From positions 1 through 43,018 of the forward strand of contig JACQSA010000030.1 in assembly GCA_016206145.1 (NCBI GenBank): DNA of 43,018 nucleotides. Direction: 5' to 3'. The translations under genes were made by a program, and so were the position numbers. The notes beneath the pieces were generated by a model. It saw only the letters and a list, made by a program, of their open reading frames with translations. It was not told where the DNA came from and made no database searches. Positions 32,652 through 40,357 of this stretch are shown one piece after another. This DNA is from Candidatus Uhrbacteria bacterium (GTDB lineage: Bacteria > Patescibacteriota > Patescibacteriia > JACQRZ01). The stretch's first letter is position 1. Every line of letters starts with the position of its first letter.

Positions 32652-35350
32652 TGATCGTTGATGGCAATGCGCTTTTGCATCGCGCGTGGCACGCCATACC
32701 ACCCTTACAAACCAAGAAAGGAGAAGTAGTGAATGCCGTATATGGTTTTATTACTATTTTTTTAAAAAGCCTCAAAGAATTGCGCCCTACTCATGTGGCA
32801 GTGACGTTTGATACCCCCTCCCCTACGTTTCGCCATGTTGCATTTAAAGAATACAAAGCTCATCGAGAAAAAAAACCGGAAGAGTTGTATCGTCAAATCA
32901 ATCGGATTCGTGAAATACTCCACGCGCTACACATCGCGACATTTGAAAAAGACGGGTATGAAGCAGATGACGTAATTGCAACTCTTGCAAAGAACGCGCG
33001 ACAACAAAATAACGATCTTGAGATCGTGATTCTTACCGGAGACATGGACACCCTTCAACTCGTTGATGAAAAAACCCATGTGTGTTCTTTGAAAAAGGGT
33101 ATTTCAGACATGATGATGTATGACATGTCTGCAGTCAAAGAGCGGTTTGGGGGTTTGGGTCCAGAGCAACTCAAAGAAGTAAAGGCATTGCGCGGGGATC
33201 CCTCAGACAATATCCCAGGCGTGAAGGGCATAGGAGAAAAAACAGCAGTGGATCTGATCGCTCGGTTTGGGACTCTCGAAAATGTATATCATGCGATAGA
33301 AACTGCGAAGGACATTGAAGGTATCTCTGCTCGAATCAGTGAAAAATTGCGATCTGAAAAAGATAATGCGTTTTTAAGTTACCGACTTGTACAGCTTGTT
33401 TCCGACGTTGACCTCGACTTTTCTCTTTCAGAATGCGAGCGGCACTCCCCCGATCGTGAAAAGATCCTTTCGTTATTCCAAGAACTGGAGTTTAAATCGC
33501 TTATACCGCGTATTGCAGAGCTTGGAGATACTGACAAGAAACAAGACGTGTCATATTTTTACACTACCTTGACAGAGGAAAAAGAAATCATTGCGCTGCT
33601 CGCATTGATACGCCAAAAAGGTTTCTGCGTGATAGATACCGAAACCACCTCACTTGTGCCGTTTGATGCCGAACTTCTCGGAGTAAGTATTTGTTGTGAG
33701 GGGGGGAAAGCGAATTATATCCCATGGGATAGTCCCGGTATACAATGGAAAAAAGAATTTATCGAGATGCTGGAAAGCGATTCCATAAAAAAAATAGGCC
33801 ACAATGCCAAATACGATTTTGAAATTTTTTACGCACACGATATTTTTGTCAACGGCCTTTTCTTCGATACAATACTTGCGGCATATATCCTCAATCCCGG
33901 CACGCGTTCGTATGGTCTGGATGGTTTAAGTTTTTCCGAGTTTGGATATCAAAAGATTCCCATCACTGCTCTTATTGGGACAGGAAAGAATCAGATATCA
34001 ATGAAGGATGTCCCACTTGCGAAACTCTCTGTATATTCTTGCGAAGACGCGGACATGACGTTTCGCCTTTATGAGAAATATGAAAAAGAACTTCGCACCC
34101 TTGCCCAAGCAGAGCTTTTTACTACGATCGAGGTCCCTGTGGTAGAAGTGCTCGTGGCTATGGAGATGACAGGCGTGACGATCGATGAAAAAAAATTGGC
34201 AACGCTTTCTTCTGAAGTGCACAGCCTATGCGAAAAAGAAAGGAGCGTTATTTACGGATTAGCAGGCGAGCAATTAAACCTCAATTCTACCCACCAGCTT
34301 AAGAAAATACTTTTTGAAAAACTCGCAATCGTTCCTCCGAAATTAAAGCGAGGCAAGACAGGCATTTCTATTGCAGCATCTGAGCTGGAAAAAATGAGAG
34401 GACTGCACCCTATTATAGATCATATCTTGGCGTATCGGGAACTTACAAAACTTTTAAATACCTACATTGATGTATTGCCTGATCTTGTGCATCCAAAGAC
34501 AGGGAGGATACATACAAACTATAATCAAACGATCGCTGCAACGGGAAGGCTTTCAAGTTCAAACCCCAATCTTCAGAATATTCCCATTAAAACAGATCTT
34601 GGAAGACGGATTCGTTCCAGCGTTGTTGCACCTGACGGATATGAGCTTGTATCGTTTGATTATTCCCAGATAGAGCTTCGCATTATCGCATCTCTTGCAC
34701 AAGACGAAAAGATGATTGCCGCATTTCATGCAGGAGTTGACATTCATACTGCCACCGCAGCTGAAGTAAATGGAGTCACTCTCCAAGAGGTCAATTCGCA
34801 TATGAGACGCGCAGCAAAGGAGATTAATTTTGGCATTCTGTATGGCATGGGTCCGCATGGACTTGCCGCGAGCGCCGGTATTTCATTTGGAGAGGCTTCG
34901 CAGTTTATTGATCAGTATTTTTTCGCCTACCCCCACATCAAAGAGTATATTGAAAAAACAATTGCGCTAGCGCGCGCAAACGGATACAGTGAAACTATTT
35001 TTGGGCGCAGGAGATATTTGCCGGATTTACAATCCGGTATGCCACAGATGCGCAATGCCGCCGAACGTGCAGCTATCAATATGCCTGTGCAAGGCACTGC
35101 GGCGGATATTATCAAGCTTGCAATGATTGCCGTGTATAAAAAAATTAAAAATCAAAAAGATGTCCGTATGATATTGCAAGTTCACGATGAGCTTGTGTTT
35201 GAAGTTACAAAAGGGTGCACAGACACCTATGTTTCTTTAATAAAAAAAGAAATGGAATCAGTTGCCAGTCTCACTGTTCCGTTAGTTGTTGATATTACAC
35301 ATGGTCCAAACTGGGAGGAAATGACAAAGATAGGATCTAGCCTTGAATAA
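32627..35350 (+). CDS. polA: DNA polymerase I (5'-3' exonuclease, 3'-5' exonuclease and polymerase domains)
   Basis: 907 aa. LMIVDGNALLHRAWHA, GDPSDNIPGVKGIGEKTA, DYSQIELRI, QVHDELVFE. An alternative start at 32651 forms a TAATG overlap with the upstream stop. Confidence 0.95.
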   Translation: MQKSPQKLMIVDGNALLHRAWHAIPPLQTKKGEVVNAVYGFITIFLKSLKELRPTHVAVTFDTPSPTFRHVAFKEYKAHREKKPEELYRQINRIREILHALHIATFEKDGYEADDVIATLAKNARQQNNDLEIVILTGDMDTLQLVDEKTHVCSLKKGISDMMMYDMSAVKERFGGLGPEQLKEVKALRGDPSDNIPGVKGIGEKTAVDLIARFGTLENVYHAIETAKDIEGISARISEKLRSEKDNAFLSYRLVQLVSDVDLDFSLSECERHSPDREKILSLFQELEFKSLIPRIAELGDTDKKQDVSYFYTTLTEEKEIIALLALIRQKGFCVIDTETTSLVPFDAELLGVSICCEGGKANYIPWDSPGIQWKKEFIEMLESDSIKKIGHNAKYDFEIFYAHDIFVNGLFFDTILAAYILNPGTRSYGLDGLSFSEFGYQKIPITALIGTGKNQISMKDVPLAKLSVYSCEDADMTFRLYEKYEKELRTLAQAELFTTIEVPVVEVLVAMEMTGVTIDEKKLATLSSEVHSLCEKERSVIYGLAGEQLNLNSTHQLKKILFEKLAIVPPKLKRGKTGISIAASELEKMRGLHPIIDHILAYRELTKLLNTYIDVLPDLVHPKTGRIHTNYNQTIAATGRLSSSNPNLQNIPIKTDLGRRIRSSVVAPDGYELVSFDYSQIELRIIASLAQDEKMIAAFHAGVDIHTATAAEVNGVTLQEVNSHMRRAAKEINFGILYGMGPHGLAASAGISFGEASQFIDQYFFAYPHIKEYIEKTIALARANGYSETIFGRRRYLPDLQSGMPQMRNAAERAAINMPVQGTAADIIKLAMIAVYKKIKNQKDVRMILQVHDELVFEVTKGCTDTYVSLIKKEMESVASLTVPLVVDITHGPNWEEMTKIGSSLE

Positions 35351-35380
35351 AAAAGTGAGATACGGTACGCTCATTATTGT

Positions 35381-36691
35381 ATGAATGAAATTGTGTTAGA
35401 AATTAGTATTGTACTTGCACTGATTCTTTTAAATGCCTTTTTTTCCGGTACTGAGATGGCATTTATTTCTCTTCGCAAGACACGCGTGAAGCAACTTGCC
35501 AAAGAGGGAGTGCGGCCTGCAATGCTCGCTGAAAAAATGCTTCAGAAGCCAGAACATTTTCTTGCAACAATACAAATTGGCATTACCTTGATCGGGACAA
35601 TCGCTTCCGCGTATGCCGGTGCCAGTATTGCCGATGCGATCAGTCCGATTCTTTCTCATAGCCCCATCCCCTTTCTTTCAACATACGCGGAGATAATCAG
35701 TCTTGGCAGTATCATTTTGATCATCACATATCTTAGTATTGTGATCGGCGAGCTTATCCCGAAATCTCTTGGCATTAAATTTTCTGAAAGTATTGCCCTT
35801 GCTGTAGTGTATCCGCTTTACTTTCTTTCAAAGATAACTCGGCCGGTTACGAATCTTTTGACGTTTTCAAGCAATCTCTTGCTTACACCAATCGGCGATA
35901 AGACAAGTTTTAGCGAAGCAAATCTTACTGAAGAGGAGTTGCGCACGATTTTATATGAAAGCCATCGGGCAGGCACAATCAAAAAACACGAACATGAACT
36001 GCTCGACAATGTATTTGATTTTTCAGATATTGCCGTAAGCCAGATCATGACTCCTCGATCAAAAATATTCGCAATTGATATCAACGAACCATACGAACAG
36101 AATGTAAAAAAAGTCGCTGAATCAGGGTACGCGCGCGTACCTGTGTTTCGAGACAAGATTGATACTATAATCGGGACATTGAGCATTAAGGCGCTTTTGA
36201 GAAGTTTGAGCGCAGATAGTAGTACGCCTCTCAGTTCTTTTGAAAACTTGTTGTATGGACCTTATTTTGTGCCAAATACGAGACGGATCAGCGATTTGCT
36301 CAAGCACATGCAGAAAGAAAAAATCAATATGGCAATTGTAACTGATGAACATGGAGACGTGGACGGGATCGTAACTATCGAGGATATTTTGGAGGAGATT
36401 GTCGGTGACATTAAAGACGAGGATCGTCCGGAAAAAAATTTGATCACTCAAGAGAACAATGAAAATTTTGTTGTCGACGGGAGTTTGAGCATTGTTGATT
36501 TTAATCGTTACTTTAAATCGCACTTGTCTGAAGATGCGTCGTACACCACCATCTCAGGCCTTCTTCTCGACACTTTCGAGCAGATTGCCGAAGTTGGCAC
36601 AACGGCAACTATTCAGAATTTCGAATTTACCATAAAAGAAAAAACAGAACGGGTGATTACAATGGTGGGCGTGAAGCTCTTGCGATCATAA
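35381..36691 (+). CDS. HlyC/CorC (CNNM) family transporter: DUF21 membrane domain, CBS pair, CorC_HlyC domain
   Basis: 436 aa. NAFFSGTEMAFISL, IMTPR, ARVPVF, GIVTIEDILEEIVGDI motifs. Confidence 0.9.
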   Translation: MNEIVLEISIVLALILLNAFFSGTEMAFISLRKTRVKQLAKEGVRPAMLAEKMLQKPEHFLATIQIGITLIGTIASAYAGASIADAISPILSHSPIPFLSTYAEIISLGSIILIITYLSIVIGELIPKSLGIKFSESIALAVVYPLYFLSKITRPVTNLLTFSSNLLLTPIGDKTSFSEANLTEEELRTILYESHRAGTIKKHEHELLDNVFDFSDIAVSQIMTPRSKIFAIDINEPYEQNVKKVAESGYARVPVFRDKIDTIIGTLSIKALLRSLSADSSTPLSSFENLLYGPYFVPNTRRISDLLKHMQKEKINMAIVTDEHGDVDGIVTIEDILEEIVGDIKDEDRPEKNLITQENNENFVVDGSLSIVDFNRYFKSHLSEDASYTTISGLLLDTFEQIAEVGTTATIQNFEFTIKEKTERVITMVGVKLLRS

Positions 36692-36756
36692 CCTCTTTGG
36701 ATTGCCAAAGGTATATTTGCATTGTATTATGAGCCTATAGAAAATATCAGGCGTTA

Positions 36757-36788
36757 CTTTCTTCCGGCTCATTTCTGTCCAATTTCTC
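36757..36788. repeat. Short dispersed repeat CTTTCTTCCGGCTC... (partner at 26816-26848)
   Basis: See the partner entry. Confidence 0.5.
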
Positions 36789-36916
36789 CTGCAAATTGCG
36801 TTGAACTTGTCAGAATACTTCAGTATTCTTTCGCATTCATCACAATTTTCGGCATGAAATTGACTCAGAAATGACCGGGAAGCTATTTTTCTACAGTCTC
36901 ATAATTCTCAAACTTT

Positions 36917-36990
36917 GGGGGCGTGGTGAAGCGGTATCATATCTCTCTCCAAATGAGCAGTTGTTGGTTCGACTCCTACCGTCCCCGCCA
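36917..36990 (+). tRNA. tRNA-Trp (anticodon CCA) candidate with a weak anticodon stem
   Basis: Acceptor GGGGGCG/CGTCCCC, good D arm, loop CUCCAAA, T loop TTCGACT, discriminator G plus CCA as in bacterial tRNA-Trp. The anticodon stem UCUCU/UGAGC has only 3 Watson-Crick pairs and the T stem has one U-U. Confidence 0.7.
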
Positions 36991-37010
36991 GAAAATAGGC
37001 AAGAAAAACA

Positions 37011-37042
37011 AAACCGCTCCGACAATCATCGGAGCGGTTTTT
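37011..37042. terminator. Bidirectional intrinsic terminator ACCGCTCCGA-CAATCA-TCGGAGCGGT flanked by A- and T-runs
   Basis: 10-bp perfect stem between convergent tRNA-Trp (+) and the 828-aa gene (-). Confidence 0.75.
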
Positions 37043-37076
37043 GTGACACGACAAGATTTTTATTGCACTTTTTGTT

Positions 37077-39563
37077 TTACTCAGTTTCCTCTGCGTGTGA
37101 CCCACTTTTATTTTCAAATTCTTTTATTTTATCTTGTACGGTTTTATTTTGAGGATCATAGTCCAATATTTTTTTGAGCGTAGCAATCGAGGCTTCATCA
37201 TTTCCTTGTTCTTTATCAAGCAACGCCGAGCGCCAGAGCGCCACATAGTATTTGGGCTGTATGCTGCTGGCAAGCTTGTATGCAGTTTGCGCTTTATCTT
37301 GTTGTTTGAGCGCTTCAAAGTTTAGACCTAGATTATAGAATAGCACCTCATCAGCGGCGCGCAATGGGATAAGTCTGAAATTATATTCCAACGCCGTATC
37401 AAAATTTTTGATTGCTTCTTTTTTATTGTCCTGCATTGCAAACAGTGTGCCCAGATGGAAGTAGGCTTCCGGATAATCAGCCTTGAGAGCTATTGCTTCT
37501 CTTAATAGCCGCTCTGTTTCGGCGAGCGCCTTACTCGCTTCTTCTTTTGCTTGGTTTTTTTCTTCTTTCTTTTCAAGGCTTTCTTGTTGTCGTACTAAGA
37601 TCAAATATGCAGAAAGATAGAACTTTGCAAATGCGGTGTGTACGGAAGGATTTTGTGGGTCGAGCTTTAATGTTTCCGCATATGCTTGTTGAGTGAGGCC
37701 ATATCCGTTTTCAACAAAAGGAAATACTGCCTGTAAAGTATCAGCGAAATTTTGCATATTACGGGCATCACGTGGATTCAATGCAACTACTTGCTGGCTC
37801 AATGTCGCGGCATTTGTAGCCAGCGCACGCACACTCACAATATTCTCTTGCCCTCCATTGGTATTCGTAGCAAGCGAAGATGTTTTGTATACCAATGCTT
37901 GTGCGAGGGCTTTCGGATATCTGTGATTGTAAGGATCCATTTTTACCGCTCTTTCAAGGGTTGAGAGCAAATCATTGAGCTCTTGTTCACTCACTTGTTC
38001 TCCTGCCTGTATTTTTACAGAAAGAGCCCTATCTTTTGAGGTTGCTGATCGAAATGTCACATCTGCCGCATATCGCACACTTGCGAACATGACGCCTACC
38101 AGCGATATGGAAATAATAGTAAAGAGGACAAGAGAAGAGAGTATGACAAATCTATTGGAATGTTGTCCTTTAATGAGAACGAGCGAGCGGGCAGAGAGGA
38201 TAGAGAAAAATCCAATCAGCATCCAAAGGAAAAATGTGAAAGAAAAATCAATAGGCTTGATCGCTCCAAGTACTCCCAGAGTAATCATACTTCCCACAAC
38301 TCCGAGATACAGCGCATAATCATCGCCGTCTTTTTTTTGTACAAGCCACCGGATCGCTTTAAAGGCAAGCGTTACAAAAAGCAGAATAAGCGCGCCAAAT
38401 CCGATGAGTCCCACCCCTACCACTTTTGTCATCAATTGAGATCCTGACTGCAAAAATCGTTCCGCCCAGATTTTTCCGATATTTTCATTGTCGAGCTCCT
38501 TCGGCCATACGCTGATTTTGTTCGGTCGAAATTGCGTATATGCGACTCCGAAATTTCCCGGTCCATATCCAAACAGTGGACGCTCTTGAAGCGCCTTGAG
38601 CGTAATCGCAAAACTTGTGGAAAGAGAAAGTTGAGGGGCTTGCAGTGGGGCTACCACTTTAGGGACATCAACAGCGAGCATTGTGAGGGAGAATACAAGC
38701 GCAAAGCTTGGGAGTACGAGCCATGATATTTTTCTTTCATCCGAGGCTTTTACATAGAGGAACAAAAGCATAAATCCGAGACTTGCCGCCACGCTCGTCC
38801 ACAGTGCCCAATCGTCAAAAACAATCAGCGTAATCAACTGCAGACCGGTGAATAAAGAAAGCAATATCTGCAAAACCGACAATGCATGACGTCCTTTCAT
38901 TGCAAGACGCACAATCTCGGCTATTGCAAGCACAAGACCGAGCGCCGCATTGAGCCCTACTCCATTGATAAGGCCGCCGGGATACATTAACCCTGTTTTT
39001 GTTATTTCTCCCGGCAAAATAAAAACACCGAAAATTTGAAGCAATCCTGAAACAGAAAGAAGCGTTGTTGTTCCAATAAGGACTCGAACAAGATGAACGA
39101 CATGTTTTTCCGTAAATACATTAGTGCTGATAATGATCAAAATAATCAAAGATCCAAGCGTGGCAAAGCTTGTGCTTGCGTGTCCTTCAAGCCCTACGAA
39201 ACTCACATAGGGATATAATGAGAGGAAACTTGCCACACACCAGACAATGGCTAAGAGAAGAAGGGTAAGAGTGAGAAATGATCCTCGAATACGCACCGAT
39301 TGAGTTGATACGATATGAACTCCATAGACAATACTTGCTATAAGCGTGCCGGCAAAAAGTAATGTTTGCTTATTGAGATCAAAGAGGTCGTCTGTTACCC
39401 CTAGAAAAAAGAAAGGAATACCAAATAGCAGTATCCCATAGACCCATTCAAGAAAGAGTGTGGTTTTTTCGTCACCCCCTTGGTGTTTTTTTGTTTTTTT
39501 TCTGTCGCGCGAGTTTTCCACGGGTTCATCATGCTCGGCGATTTTTTGTGATACGATAGCCAT
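37077..39563 (-). CDS. O-antigen ligase/polymerase-like (Wzy_C-type) polytopic membrane protein with C-terminal TPR repeats
   Basis: 828 aa. More than 10 TM segments, LFGYGPGNFG and a ..SQLMTKVVGVGLIGFGALILLF block of the Wzy_C type. The C-terminal ~330 aa hold several TPR-like units (e.g. ADYPEAYFHLGTLFAMQDNKKEAIKNFDTALEYN). Confidence 0.75.
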   Translation of the reverse strand: MAIVSQKIAEHDEPVENSRDRKKTKKHQGGDEKTTLFLEWVYGILLFGIPFFFLGVTDDLFDLNKQTLLFAGTLIASIVYGVHIVSTQSVRIRGSFLTLTLLLLAIVWCVASFLSLYPYVSFVGLEGHASTSFATLGSLIILIIISTNVFTEKHVVHLVRVLIGTTTLLSVSGLLQIFGVFILPGEITKTGLMYPGGLINGVGLNAALGLVLAIAEIVRLAMKGRHALSVLQILLSLFTGLQLITLIVFDDWALWTSVAASLGFMLLFLYVKASDERKISWLVLPSFALVFSLTMLAVDVPKVVAPLQAPQLSLSTSFAITLKALQERPLFGYGPGNFGVAYTQFRPNKISVWPKELDNENIGKIWAERFLQSGSQLMTKVVGVGLIGFGALILLFVTLAFKAIRWLVQKKDGDDYALYLGVVGSMITLGVLGAIKPIDFSFTFFLWMLIGFFSILSARSLVLIKGQHSNRFVILSSLVLFTIISISLVGVMFASVRYAADVTFRSATSKDRALSVKIQAGEQVSEQELNDLLSTLERAVKMDPYNHRYPKALAQALVYKTSSLATNTNGGQENIVSVRALATNAATLSQQVVALNPRDARNMQNFADTLQAVFPFVENGYGLTQQAYAETLKLDPQNPSVHTAFAKFYLSAYLILVRQQESLEKKEEKNQAKEEASKALAETERLLREAIALKADYPEAYFHLGTLFAMQDNKKEAIKNFDTALEYNFRLIPLRAADEVLFYNLGLNFEALKQQDKAQTAYKLASSIQPKYYVALWRSALLDKEQGNDEASIATLKKILDYDPQNKTVQDKIKEFENKSGSHAEETE

Positions 39564-39640
39564 AGATAAATGTGAATAAAATAAAAAATAAGCACCTATA
39601 GTGTATCAAGGAATACCCATCGGTGCAATATGAAACTGTA

Positions 39641-39665
39641 GAATGTCAACGGGAAATTAAAATGT
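39641..39665 (-). repeat. 25-nt repeat (partner of 29140-29164), overlapping the stop codon of the 231-aa gene
   Basis: The reverse complement reads ACATTTTAATTTCCCGTTGACATTC. Confidence 0.8.
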
Positions 39666-40352
39666 TCCTGTCGTAATAACCGTTATGCGCTGCGTGTAAT
39701 CCCCCGCGCCTGTCGCGCTTGAGGGGGATGCGCTAAAGACAAGCGTTACTGCTTTGCCGCTTACCGGACTGCTATCCGTAGAAAATGTTTTTGGCGATGT
39801 GGTGATGTCTGTGTAGGTAGAATCAAACGAACCATTTGATGTTTTGAATCCATATTTTCCAGAACCTGCTGAAATCTCTGTGGGATTGTCTGATGCTCCG
39901 GCAATCGTTTGTCCAGAGTCTGTCGTTAATCTCAACGATCCGTCAGCAACAATTGTAGATGCATAGCCTCCCTCCGCGTTGGTGGTGATTGTTACTCTGA
40001 TATTGTCAGTCTTTACCGAAGAAGTCGAAAGCGGACCAAATTCTACTGTATTTGGTTTATTTGCGCCGTCAGGATCAGAAAACTGCACTGTGAGAAACGG
40101 TATATCTTCAAGCCCACGAAATCCAGGAGTCAACACATAGGATGCGCTCGAAAGGTCTGTAGACGCCATGTCGCAGACCGATCCTTGCACGCGATAGTTT
40201 GTGGAGCTGCCATTGGTACTCCCGCATCCGATAGAATTAAAAAGGATTTTATAATTCGAAGATGAGAGCATTTCGCTTCTCACCGGCTCCATTCCCAGGA
40301 TAAGCATAACACAAAGTCCGACGACAAGTCCGACGCGTATGTGCGTGTTCAT
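39657..40352 (-). CDS. Secreted Ser/Thr-rich beta-type protein with three SSxNY-like motifs
   Basis: 231 aa. Signal/anchor MNTHIRVGLVVGLCVMLILG. SSSNYKI, SSTNYRV, SSASYVLTPGF. No family name recalled. Confidence 0.65.
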   Translation of the reverse strand: MNTHIRVGLVVGLCVMLILGMEPVRSEMLSSSNYKILFNSIGCGSTNGSSTNYRVQGSVCDMASTDLSSASYVLTPGFRGLEDIPFLTVQFSDPDGANKPNTVEFGPLSTSSVKTDNIRVTITTNAEGGYASTIVADGSLRLTTDSGQTIAGASDNPTEISAGSGKYGFKTSNGSFDSTYTDITTSPKTFSTDSSPVSGKAVTLVFSASPSSATGAGDYTQRITVITTGTF

Positions 40353-40357
40353 ATAGA

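Noticed and set aside
36871-37177. ORFs 36871-37152, 36908-37117 and 36923-37177.
   Set aside because: They overlap tRNA-Trp (the typical ..GVEPTT.. read-out of a tRNA complement) and the bidirectional terminator, so they are not credible genes.
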